Origin: Candidatus Poribacteria bacterium
GTDB taxonomy: Bacteria > Poribacteria > WGA-4E > WGA-3G
Reading direction: 5' to 3'
DNA length: 64,000 nt
NCBI GenBank assembly: GCA_965214095.1
Contig: OZ243938.1
Coordinates: 2,304,001 to 2,368,000, forward strand
Part shown: positions 10,025 through 19,344 of the stretch, piece by piece
How positions within the stretch are numbered: the first letter of the stretch is position 1
Layout of the letters: every line of letters begins with the position of its first letter
Translations under genes and position numbers: made by a program
Notes under the pieces: model-generated
What the model was told of the DNA's origin: nothing
What the model saw: only the letters and a program-made list of their open reading frames with translations
Databases searched by the model: none

Positions 10025-11224
10025 TCATTTCTTCAACCAATGCTGGAACACCACCTCTGTGTCAGTAGGTTCAACTACACGTAAAAGGACTTCTCCATTT
10101 GCAAGAAAATCTAATGCCATAAAACCTGAGTGTTGATGTGCAAAAAGTGTATTGTCTCCATGACTTACTTCAGTTGCCTTTTCACTTGAACCAAGTCCAC
10201 TAACAAGCAGATAATCTGTCACATCCCCTTCTAACACTTGTAGAGAATGTTCATGTCCAGATGCATAAATTAAGAGCGGTGACTTTTTCCGAGTAGACAA
10301 GGCAGCATTGAGTTGTGACACCATATATTTATATCGTGATCCGTTCAAATCCTGATCCGATTTCACCACATACCACCGAGCCAACGGATACAAAGAACCA
10401 ACAATTGGAACAGGCACCCACAACCATTTGTGGACAAGTCTACCGGGAAAGAGGTGTGCCTTCCAATCAAAGAAACCGCCATGTATGCCATAACTCTGCA
10501 AAGGATGGTGTCCAACAACGATAACTGGCAATTCCGTATCCAAATACTCTTTTAGTTTATTCACAACCGTATCTGTAGAAACTGTAGGTTTCTCGTATTT
10601 ATGTAACCACCACTGTGTATCCAATACAACTATGCGCACAACCGGAGCAGACTCTGGTAGTTCCAGCATAACGGGACCTGGCATGCCACCTTGTGGCAAG
10701 AATTGTGGCGTGCGAGTCAGGGCATCGTTAATATATTCCTCTTGTGCAAGCAGGGCACGATATCCAACCTTTTTTCCATTCGTCCAATCGTGATTACCTG
10801 GAATAAACAATCCATGTGCATCTGTAGACTTGATAACATCAAGTTGCGGTCCCAAACGCGTAGCGGCTTCGTGCTTTTTCCGTTCTGTCATCCCATCAGG
10901 ATACATATTATCTCCCAAGAAGACAACACTGGTTTTCTCAGGAGATCTTTTTGTCCATGATTGTAATGTCTGTAAGACAGGTTCATCCTGCTTCGGTAGT
11001 CCCGCATCACCAATGAGTAAGATGCGATATTGTAACGTGTTCTCCGTTACAATATCCTGTTTTTCAATTGTGGATATGTCTGGATGATAGTAAGGTGATA
11101 TATGACTGCACCCTACAATCGTCAGTTGTCCCGCCTGCACAACCAAACATAGTAGGAAAATGCTCCAAAGAAAACGCGATCGATTATAGAATTTCATATC
11201 TTCCTTTTTTAGGTCGTATCTCAT
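10025..11224 (-). CDS. Exported calcineurin-like metallophosphoesterase
   Basis: GDAG, GDNMY, GNHDW, GHHP, GHEH motifs. Confidence 0.85.
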   Translation of the reverse strand: MRYDLKKEDMKFYNRSRFLWSIFLLCLVVQAGQLTIVGCSHISPYYHPDISTIEKQDIVTENTLQYRILLIGDAGLPKQDEPVLQTLQSWTKRSPEKTSVVFLGDNMYPDGMTERKKHEAATRLGPQLDVIKSTDAHGLFIPGNHDWTNGKKVGYRALLAQEEYINDALTRTPQFLPQGGMPGPVMLELPESAPVVRIVVLDTQWWLHKYEKPTVSTDTVVNKLKEYLDTELPVIVVGHHPLQSYGIHGGFFDWKAHLFPGRLVHKWLWVPVPIVGSLYPLARWYVVKSDQDLNGSRYKYMVSQLNAALSTRKKSPLLIYASGHEHSLQVLEGDVTDYLLVSGLGSSEKATEVSHGDNTLFAHQHSGFMALDFLANGEVLLRVVEPTDTEVVFQHWLKK

Positions 11225-11385
11225 AAATCATTTGTAGGGTGGAACCCATCCCTACAATGAATTGAAATTCTGAGGATAATAAGGTTTCACTCTATATTGG
11301 TACTACCTATGCACACATTTATCAATAGACTAACACGAAATGATATGATATAATTTAAGTTGAAAAAATAAAATATGGTGAAAAA

Positions 11386-12990
11386 ATGAGACGTTTTGGC
11401 ACACAAGGACGCGTATATCCTGAGCAACATTATATTGTATCTCGGAGTAAAGAGATAGCAGATTTTCTCACACGAGTTAAAGAGGGAAGGTATATTGTCC
11501 TTTTTGCACCACGACAAACAGGAAAAACCACCTTTTTCCGAATGGCACTTGAAACACTCACAAATGAGGATCCATCCTATTTTCCTATCCAACTCAATTT
11601 TGAAACATATAAAAACCTATCTGCTATAGAATTTTACGAAGCTACATGCAATAGAATGCGTAAAGAGATTGAACAGATTTTTGAAAAACGTGGACAAACA
11701 CTCTCTGGTAAACTCTCGCGATTTCTTTTAGACAGCAAAATAACAAATCATATTTCAATGATGGACTTCTTTGAAGAGTTCTCAAGTATTTTAAATGATG
11801 ATTATGGAGTTCAAAAAGTAGTTGTCATTATTGATGAATTTGATGGTATTCCTCAAGCTGTTTTAAGTGATTTTCTCCATTCGCTTCGAGACATCTACCT
11901 TTCAGATCAGACGCGTTGCATCCATAGTGTTGGTATTATCGGTGTCAAGAGCATCACACAACTCAACTACGATAGATCCGTTTCTCCATTCAATATCCAA
12001 GACGAATTTTTCTTACCCAATTTCACTCTCCAACAAGTGAAAGAATTACTAAGACAATATACAGTTGAAACAGGTCAGCCGTTCTTGCCTGAAGTTGTTG
12101 AATCCTTACACAAACAAACTGCTGGTCAACCGTTCCTCGTAAATCGATGCGCGCAAATACTTACTGAGGAATTGGATATCTCAATAAGCGAAATGATCAC
12201 AGATCAACACTTCTCAACAGCACACATAAAACTGCTTCGTGAACGAAACACAAACATTGACCACCTGATAACAAATATACGAAGAGATCGTAGATTTGAA
12301 ACATTACTCATGAAGATTACTTCTTATGATAAAGGTATAGAATTTAATTTATACAATGAACTCATCAACGAACTTGCCACTTTTGGTGTTATCGCTGAAG
12401 GGGTAGATGGCATGTGTGAGATAGTAAACCCTATTTATCAGTATTGCATTATACAGGCATTCCAACCCCTTGTCAACGGACTTGAAGGGAACTATTTTCC
12501 TGAAAATACCGATACAGAATTCACGGATTTTCTCACCACTGATGGTAAACTTGAGATGTTACCACTTCTGAATAATTTTCAAGAATTCATCGCTCGTGCA
12601 GGGCATAAGATTTTAGATGTGCCTGATACACCGAAAGAGTTTATTGGACAATATCTACTCTATGCCTATCTTGAGCAGTTTGTTCGACTCGTACGCGGCT
12701 TAATGTACCTTGAAGTTCAAACCGGACGAGGTAGAATTGATCTACTTATCCTTCACAACTCACAAAAGTATATCATTGAAACAAAGATATGGGAAAGCGA
12801 ACGTCGATATCAAGCAGGAAAGAAACAACTCGCTGCATATCTCAAATTAGAAGGTGCAGTGGAAGGATACTATGTTGTTTTTGATCATCGGTCAGAAACT
12901 GAACCTCGGACTGAGACTGAAATAATAGACGATTTTACAATTCAGAGTTATGTGATTCCTGTAATCCAAGAACGACCTTCTTCTGTTTAG
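11386..12990 (+). CDS. AAA-like ATPase with C-terminal PD-(D/E)xK nuclease-like domain
   Basis: Walker A APRQTGKTT, Walker B IIDEFD, GRIDL...IIETK. Confidence 0.8.
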   Translation: MRRFGTQGRVYPEQHYIVSRSKEIADFLTRVKEGRYIVLFAPRQTGKTTFFRMALETLTNEDPSYFPIQLNFETYKNLSAIEFYEATCNRMRKEIEQIFEKRGQTLSGKLSRFLLDSKITNHISMMDFFEEFSSILNDDYGVQKVVVIIDEFDGIPQAVLSDFLHSLRDIYLSDQTRCIHSVGIIGVKSITQLNYDRSVSPFNIQDEFFLPNFTLQQVKELLRQYTVETGQPFLPEVVESLHKQTAGQPFLVNRCAQILTEELDISISEMITDQHFSTAHIKLLRERNTNIDHLITNIRRDRRFETLLMKITSYDKGIEFNLYNELINELATFGVIAEGVDGMCEIVNPIYQYCIIQAFQPLVNGLEGNYFPENTDTEFTDFLTTDGKLEMLPLLNNFQEFIARAGHKILDVPDTPKEFIGQYLLYAYLEQFVRLVRGLMYLEVQTGRGRIDLLILHNSQKYIIETKIWESERRYQAGKKQLAAYLKLEGAVEGYYVVFDHRSETEPRTETEIIDDFTIQSYVIPVIQERPSSV

Positions 12991-13000
12991 GATCTGTTAT

Positions 13001-14423
13001 CATATCTTCGGTGTCAAGACCCCGATGCTTTAGCACGGGGATGTAGACACCGCTAACACATTTATGAATCAATAAGACTTAACATTTTCGTGTATTTGTA
13101 GTATACTATATTCAGCATTACAGTTGTGGATATGACCTCTCGCTTGAGAGTGCCACCGCACCATTTCATAGCAGTATGTAATGCGAAGGATATGTAATGC
13201 GAACCTACAAATACAAGGGACAAAAACATAAAAGAAATCGTCATTTGCAAAAAGACCTGCATATCATTGCCCATGTCCACAACCATTTTGTTGCGTTGTG
13301 GCAACGGCACTACAGGATATATGGACAATGCGAAGGTTACAAGCGACCGAGTGCATTTCGGATGATTAAGCATTTGACAAAACTGAAACGACTTGCTAAA
13401 TATCAACACTGGACGATCCCATATTCTTGGTGTTTGCAAGAATGTATCCAACGCGTTGACAGAGGTTGGAAAAACTTCTTTGAAGGTAGGGCAAAGCGTC
13501 CACCTAAATTTAGAAGTCGGTATAAATACAAATCTATGACCTTTGATGGAAGTCAAGTCAAAATAGAACCCATTGACAAAACAGGCGGATGTCCCGTAGC
13601 GAAAATCCGTATCAATAGAAGATGGTATCGCTTCTGGTATAGTAGACCGATTGAAGGAAAGATTAAACAGGTTACCGTTAAGAAAGACGCAGTAGGCGAT
13701 TGGTATATCACTATCACAACAGACGCTGAAGGACTTGAGCCTGCCCCTAAGACTGGTAAGACAGCAGGGTTTGACTTTGGACTCAAGGATTTTCTCACCT
13801 GTTCCGATGGCACGAAGTATCAATCTCCTGAATTCTATAAGTCTGCTTCTAAACTGATAAAACGTGCGAGTCGTGCGTTGTCTCAGAAGCAGAAAGGCAG
13901 TAATAATCGCCACCGTGTGAGGAAATACTCGGCACGCGTTCACAGAAAAATCAATCGGCAACGCGAAGACCATCACTGGAAACTTGCTCTTGAACTTGTT
14001 CGAAAGTTTGATGTCTGTTTCTTTGAAGACCTGAATCTTGAAGGCATGAAACGTCTTTGGGGACGTAAAGTCTCTGATTATGCCTTTGGCGACTTCATGC
14101 AGAAAATCAAGTGGCAAGCACAGAAAAGATGCAAACGCGTTGAAACAATTAACAGATGGACACCTACAAGCAAAGTCTGTCATGCCTGTGGACAAATCCA
14201 AATGTTCTTTGATCTGAGTATTCGCAATTGGTATTGCCATAACTGTAAAATCCAACATGACCGTGATATAAACGCGGCACTTAATATTTACAAGGTAGGG
14301 GCATCTACCTTTGGAGTAGAGGGGATCAGACTTGCTTCGGCAAGCACCCCTTGTTGATACCACAATCTACCCTGTGGCATGGGACCTAAGAATCCCCATG
14401 CTTTAGCAGGGGGAGTATGTCAA
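13001..14423 (+). mobile_element. IS200/IS605-family (IS1341-like, tnpB-only) element
   Basis: Subterminal hairpins CCCCGATGCTTTAGCACGGGG (left) and GAAT-CCCCATGCTTTAGCAGGGG (right); right end TCAA at 14420-14423; TTAT immediately 5' of the inferred left end; no TSD. Confidence 0.85.
13197..14357 (+). CDS. tnpB: RNA-guided endonuclease TnpB
   Basis: RuvC-I GFDFGLK, RuvC-II FEDL, Zn finger CHAC/CHNC, RuvC-III DRDINAA all present. Confidence 0.95.
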   Translation: MRTYKYKGQKHKRNRHLQKDLHIIAHVHNHFVALWQRHYRIYGQCEGYKRPSAFRMIKHLTKLKRLAKYQHWTIPYSWCLQECIQRVDRGWKNFFEGRAKRPPKFRSRYKYKSMTFDGSQVKIEPIDKTGGCPVAKIRINRRWYRFWYSRPIEGKIKQVTVKKDAVGDWYITITTDAEGLEPAPKTGKTAGFDFGLKDFLTCSDGTKYQSPEFYKSASKLIKRASRALSQKQKGSNNRHRVRKYSARVHRKINRQREDHHWKLALELVRKFDVCFFEDLNLEGMKRLWGRKVSDYAFGDFMQKIKWQAQKRCKRVETINRWTPTSKVCHACGQIQMFFDLSIRNWYCHNCKIQHDRDINAALNIYKVGASTFGVEGIRLASASTPC

Positions 14424-14440
14424 CTTCCATCCACTGTTTT
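14270..14440 (+). ncRNA. Predicted omega/reRNA of TnpB (boundaries approximate)
   Basis: Inferred from known TnpB biology: scaffold spans the tnpB 3' end and right end; guide is the right flank. Confidence 0.5.
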
Positions 14441-15747
14441 ATTCGGTCAACAACTTTATCAATCGGAACATTTTCTTGTTCTCTGCTTGCCAAATCCCGA
14501 ACTGCTACGACCCCCGCATCCAACTCATCCGATCCGAGAATAGCCGCATAAGGAATCCCCTTAGAATCAGCATATTTCAACTGCGTGCTAATACGTGTAG
14601 GTTGGAAATACACCTCTGTCCGTATACCTCCCTGACGTAACTGCGTTGCTAATTTAAGCGATTCTTCCATCAAGTCATCATCAAATACGGTCATCAATAC
14701 CTGCGTCACTGTTTTTCCCACAGAGGATGGGAACATATCAAATTCTTCCATGACATCAATAATCCGTTCAATACCGAAACTTGTGCCGGTGGCAGGAAAA
14801 CTCTGTTTGCTAAAACTCCCTATCAATTCATCGTATCTACCACCGCCTGTAATGCTGCCAATCTTCGGTTCTTCAACAACCGTTTCGTATATCGGACCCG
14901 TATAGTATTCCAAACCGCGCACCATAGCCACATTCACCCTATAATATTTTTCAGGAACACCAAGCGTAGTGATATAGTTGATTAATTCTTCCAATTCGGT
15001 TATTCCCTCAAGGGCAATTTCAAAATCCGCAAGTTGCTTTTTCATATCAGTCAGGACCGTAGTCGCACCACCTTCTACTTGTAACAGAGCAAGCAACTTT
15101 TCAATGACATCTTCCGGTATCTCATTCTCTCGCAATTCTTCAGTGACACCATCCACCCCGATCTTATCCAATTTGTCAATAGAGCGATAAAGTCCACCGA
15201 GTTGTTCGGTAGGAACACCGGAATATTCACCTATACCAGTAATCAGTTTTCTATTGTTGATATTTATCTCAAATTGCTCAAAACCGAGACGCGACAATAC
15301 TTGATAGATCAGATTTACATTTTCCGCATCTGCTAACATGCTATCACTTCCGACAGTATCCGCATCACATTGGAAAAATTGACGATAACGTCCCTTCTGT
15401 GGTCGTTCCGCACGCCACACGGGATCAATTTGATATCGCTTGAAAGGTTTTGGTAGCTGCGGATACATCGCAATAACGCGGCATAGCGGTACAGACAGAT
15501 CATAACGGAGTGAGATGTCCTCCTTTCCACCCGTGTGTCCTGCTTGATAAATTAGTTTTTCTGCATCCGGACCGTATTTACCTGTGAGAACTTCAGATAA
15601 TTCCATAGCAGGGGTCTGTAAAGGTTCAAACCCAAATTCTTCAAATACATCACGGATCACGCCTATGACATATTGCCTACGGATCATCTGTTCAGGTAAG
15701 ATATCCCGCATGCCACGTGGCACACGCGGTTTGATAAATGTTGACAT
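14386..15747 (-). CDS. hisS: Histidine--tRNA ligase (C-terminus supplied by the IS right end)
   Basis: PRGMRD, LRYDL, WRAERPQKGRYRQFFQCD, VRGLEYYTG, GGGRYD, anticodon-binding domain. Confidence 0.95.
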   Translation of the reverse strand: MSTFIKPRVPRGMRDILPEQMIRRQYVIGVIRDVFEEFGFEPLQTPAMELSEVLTGKYGPDAEKLIYQAGHTGGKEDISLRYDLSVPLCRVIAMYPQLPKPFKRYQIDPVWRAERPQKGRYRQFFQCDADTVGSDSMLADAENVNLIYQVLSRLGFEQFEININNRKLITGIGEYSGVPTEQLGGLYRSIDKLDKIGVDGVTEELRENEIPEDVIEKLLALLQVEGGATTVLTDMKKQLADFEIALEGITELEELINYITTLGVPEKYYRVNVAMVRGLEYYTGPIYETVVEEPKIGSITGGGRYDELIGSFSKQSFPATGTSFGIERIIDVMEEFDMFPSSVGKTVTQVLMTVFDDDLMEESLKLATQLRQGGIRTEVYFQPTRISTQLKYADSKGIPYAAILGSDELDAGVVAVRDLASREQENVPIDKVVDRIKQWMEVDILPLLKHGDS

Positions 15748-15759
15748 GATAACTGCTCC

Positions 15760-16530
15760 TTATATGTGGCCCGGTAGTGCTTGACTCCTACGTCTCCGTA
15801 ATCCTTTTGCTAACGTCTGCTTCAATTCGTCAATCTTTTTGCGTTTCCAAGGATCCCTGAGTGATTTCGGATTTGCAATCAGTGTAGATTCAGATTCTCT
15901 TAACACTTCTATTATCTTAAGTTGGTTAGCCTTCAACGTACGTGCTGAACTACAATTATCAATTATAGCATCCGCTTCTTCTGGTGGTTTACCCTCCGTT
16001 GCTCCAAACGACAACATAAGGGTAATGGGGGATTGGTAAGTCCCGAGAGTATTCAGCCTCTTCCACGGCGTAAGAATCGCAGGTGCAATGCGGTTTTCTG
16101 TCGTTTCAAGTATATATTTCTCAGCGATATTTAAATACTCTGTCGAGATGCGGATGTTCCTATCCGCAAGGTTCACCAAATCCGTGAATGTATTGATGTC
16201 CTCCCGTTCCTCACGAACTGCAAGAACTATGTTGACAAACCCGTAATCTAATGGAAGAATTTCCTCAACATCAGCGTCCGTTTCTTCAACCCAATCCTGT
16301 CCAGTTATACCTAAATCGTAGAAGTCGTCCATACCAACATAGACCGGTATCTCTTGCGGACGAGAGATCTTTATCTGAACTTCACTGTCGTTAGCAAAAC
16401 TGGCGCGATAAGAGCGGTCAGTTGACTTATAGCCATTGAGTTCATAACCTGCTCGCTGAAACATCTCAAGAGTTCCAGATTGAATCGTACCTTTCGGCAA
16501 AAGTAAATTCAGTGTCCTTTCTGTTTCCAT
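15760..16530 (-). CDS. hisG: ATP phosphoribosyltransferase, probably short form
   Basis: LPKG, RPQEIP, DLGITGQDW, GATE...DAIID; no obvious C-terminal regulatory domain. Confidence 0.9.
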   Translation of the reverse strand: METERTLNLLLPKGTIQSGTLEMFQRAGYELNGYKSTDRSYRASFANDSEVQIKISRPQEIPVYVGMDDFYDLGITGQDWVEETDADVEEILPLDYGFVNIVLAVREEREDINTFTDLVNLADRNIRISTEYLNIAEKYILETTENRIAPAILTPWKRLNTLGTYQSPITLMLSFGATEGKPPEEADAIIDNCSSARTLKANQLKIIEVLRESESTLIANPKSLRDPWKRKKIDELKQTLAKGLRRRRSQALPGHI

Positions 16531-16588
16531 AATCAGTTTTCCTTAATCCTTAATGCGTACCATTGTTCTTCGTATCCATTCATACCTA

Positions 16589-18025
16589 TTATTCAAGGTC
16601 TTTGAAGGTAACCTCTTCTGTGTTTCCAGTATTCAAATCAATCCGTTGGATGGAGTGATCTTCATTCAACTTAATCAGATAATCGTAGTTCGCTTTAGCA
16701 GCATAGTCATGCTGGTCTTGTAGGTCACGTCCCATCAAATCTACCTCTACAGTCTTTCCAGAACATCTCAATTGTTCTGCAGTATGTTGTGCCTCACGAA
16801 GGTTATCAGTAGAGGTTGCCACGATAAAGTAATCCTTTTTCGCTTGAATAGGTTCGCGTTGTGTTTCGGCATATATCTCCATCAGGGAATCAAAATGGAA
16901 CGCAAAACCAGCACCTGGCACAGACGGACCACCAAAACTTTCAATTAACCGATCATATCTTCCACCACCACAGATCGGTAGATTGCTCTCCGACACTTCA
17001 ATCTGAAAGACTGTTCCAGTATAAAAGTCAAATCCACGCGTAATACCCAGATTTATTTCAAAATCGGTGATATTATTGTATTCCAAACATTCACACAGTC
17101 TGAGTATTTCTTGGCGAACTCCTTGCGCCGTATGATTGAGAAATGTTCCCCAAGCATCCATCACAACATCTTTATTCCCACTAATCTTTGAAACATCAAT
17201 ACAACGTTGTGCTACCTCATCAGAGATACTGAAATATCGGTGCCATCTCGCTTTATAGGTTTCCTCTGCGACAAGCGGTAACTTCTCTGTCCATTCCTCT
17301 GCGTTGTCTTCTGTTAATTCTCGGATGTCCGGTATCTCAATCTTATACTCACCTTTGTAGTCAGTCCCTTGAGATCGTCGCAACATATTGAGTTCATCAC
17401 GTGTTGCATCCAAATCCAAATGTTGACTGTCCCTTTGCAGACGAGAAAGATGATCTATATCCAAAATCACTTCACTATGGTCTTTTGGATCAAGTGCAAC
17501 CTGTTTGAATATTTCACGAAAGACACCTGTGTTACCGATCTTCAAAGTCGTCTGTGTTAAGTTCAGTTTCTCAAGTATCCGAACGGGTAACGTGATAATT
17601 TCAGCATCTGCCAATTCAGATGACGGACCAATCAACTCTATCCCCGCTTGGCGAAATTCGCGCTTCGCCTCACGATTGTCTGTCCTCGGTTCCTGACGCA
17701 CACATTGACCGATATAATATAGCTTATAAGGGTATGGTAAATGATGTAAGTCACCATTTGCTATGAGACGACATACGGGTGCGGTAAGTTCCGGTCTCAG
17801 TGCATAATCTACCCTATCCGGACCGACAAATGTGAACATTTTGTGACGTATCTCCTCACCGGATTGTGCGGATAAAAGCGCAAAGGATTCAAACAGTGGT
17901 GTCTGAATCTGTGCGTATCCATAACTCTCAAAAGTCTCACGAACAACATTCTCAACATAATTTCGTTGAACCATCTGTTCAGGTAGAAAATCGTTTGTTC
18001 CGGTGGGTTTCATAAACTTTTCCAT
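16589..18025 (-). CDS. hisZ: HisZ-like ATP-PRT regulatory subunit / HisRS paralogue retaining an anticodon-binding-like domain
   Basis: PTGTNDFL, LRPELT, REFRQAGIELIG, GGGRYD; directly upstream of short hisG; divergent motif-2 loop. Confidence 0.75.
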   Translation of the reverse strand: MEKFMKPTGTNDFLPEQMVQRNYVENVVRETFESYGYAQIQTPLFESFALLSAQSGEEIRHKMFTFVGPDRVDYALRPELTAPVCRLIANGDLHHLPYPYKLYYIGQCVRQEPRTDNREAKREFRQAGIELIGPSSELADAEIITLPVRILEKLNLTQTTLKIGNTGVFREIFKQVALDPKDHSEVILDIDHLSRLQRDSQHLDLDATRDELNMLRRSQGTDYKGEYKIEIPDIRELTEDNAEEWTEKLPLVAEETYKARWHRYFSISDEVAQRCIDVSKISGNKDVVMDAWGTFLNHTAQGVRQEILRLCECLEYNNITDFEINLGITRGFDFYTGTVFQIEVSESNLPICGGGRYDRLIESFGGPSVPGAGFAFHFDSLMEIYAETQREPIQAKKDYFIVATSTDNLREAQHTAEQLRCSGKTVEVDLMGRDLQDQHDYAAKANYDYLIKLNEDHSIQRIDLNTGNTEEVTFKDLE

Positions 18026-18074
18026 AAGCGTTACTCCTACAATTCTCCATAATCAACATACAAGAAATTGTAAC

Positions 18075-18278
18075 AAAAAAACCCAGCAAACAATATGCTC
18101 AATCATCTCAACGTGCCGATAGTTTGGCACGGAGGAGAGCGGTTAGTTCACCAGGATTGTGTAGCAAGACTCACTTGCTATGTGTCCAATATGATGTATG
18201 GAATAATCACCTCATCATTCTAATCCGCTCTACTCAGCAATGGATTGAATGATGATGATAGCTGCAAATATATATCAT
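18075..18278 (-). promoter_or_regulatory. Putative histidine attenuator
   Basis: His-codon leader, alternative pairings, U7 tract about 50 nt before the hisZ start. Confidence 0.65.
18234..18278 (-). CDS. hisL: His leader peptide MIYICSYHHHSIHC
   Basis: 14-codon ORF with CAT-CAT-CAT plus a fourth His, upstream of hisZGS on the same strand. Confidence 0.75.
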   Translation of the reverse strand: MIYICSYHHHSIHC

Positions 18279-18350
18279 AATATTTTCGTCTAAAGTTGTA
18301 ATCTTTCTGCAAATTATACTGTTATTATCCGTGAAAGTCAAATTTTAATT

Positions 18351-18453
18351 TATGGTGAAGCATATAACTATATCTACACTTTCTATCAACGGTAGGCGAG
18401 GTTTCCTAACCTCGCCTGATCAATGTGTAGAATTAATTCAATAATTTACCATA
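18351..18453. mobile_element. TATGGT...ACCATA MITE with REP
   Basis: Closely similar to 46762-46864; internal GGTAGGCGAGGTTTCCTAACCTCGCC. Confidence 0.75.
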
Positions 18454-18565
18454 GTATGGACTTGCTTATACTACTTACCTGATCGTAAGAGCTCCGTATT
18501 TCCAGAATCTCGGATTTTTGTTGACAATATTTCTGAAATAGTGATACGTTTAACTCAAAACTTAT

Positions 18566-19210
18566 ATGGAGAGACAAATGGGATTTCCAGTTTACGACTA
18601 CCGAACAGATGTTAGAAATGTACTTGTTACACCGCAGATTCGCTCGCGGTTTTTAAAAATGGAACCGGGACAGAGTGCGCAACTACATAGCCATGATCTC
18701 GGACACGAAATATTTCTTATCCTTGAAGGACGCGTCGAATTTGAGATTGATGGTGAAACCGAGGAATTAGGTCCAGGACAAATGTGTGTCGCCTTAGTAG
18801 ATCAACCACACAAAGTGCGTGTTCTCGGAGATGAACCGATGACGATGTATCTGTCTGTAACACCCCATATCCACCCGACACATACACCGAGAACAGCGGA
18901 TGGGAAAAGATTGCCTCCCAACTTTGCCCCAGCAAGTGCTTATGATGTTGAACCTGATATGGAGCTAACCATAGAAGAACTGGTTTCTCGACAGATAGAC
19001 ATGTCGCAGCTGCTCGTTGAACTTAGCATCAAATGTGCTGATATTCAAAATGAGATGGGACATCAACTGAAAACTGCTGTTGCCGATGGAGACACACAAG
19101 CAGCCATTGATGCACGCAATGCAATGTGGGAAGCAATTTATCCCATTTACAAGGTCGTTGCTGAATTGGGAGATATTTGGAATGAACTTGCCCCTCGTGT
19201 TTCACAATAA
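18566..19210 (+). CDS. Cupin-domain protein
   Basis: LHSHDLGHEIF...QPHKV cupin motifs with a helical C-terminal extension. Confidence 0.85.
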   Translation: MERQMGFPVYDYRTDVRNVLVTPQIRSRFLKMEPGQSAQLHSHDLGHEIFLILEGRVEFEIDGETEELGPGQMCVALVDQPHKVRVLGDEPMTMYLSVTPHIHPTHTPRTADGKRLPPNFAPASAYDVEPDMELTIEELVSRQIDMSQLLVELSIKCADIQNEMGHQLKTAVADGDTQAAIDARNAMWEAIYPIYKVVAELGDIWNELAPRVSQ

Positions 19211-19344
19211 TTCTCTTCAACATTTTATGCGTTATTACTTTATAGATGCTCTAACGTGCTTTAAATAGACATTGTTTTTTTTCAAAACTGTTGTTATAAT
19301 AATGTTAATATGGAAATCTGTTAATGATATTAAAGGAGTTCACA

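Noticed and set aside
13062-14363. 433-aa ORF antisense to tnpB
   Set aside because: No recognisable motifs; consistent with a shadow ORF.
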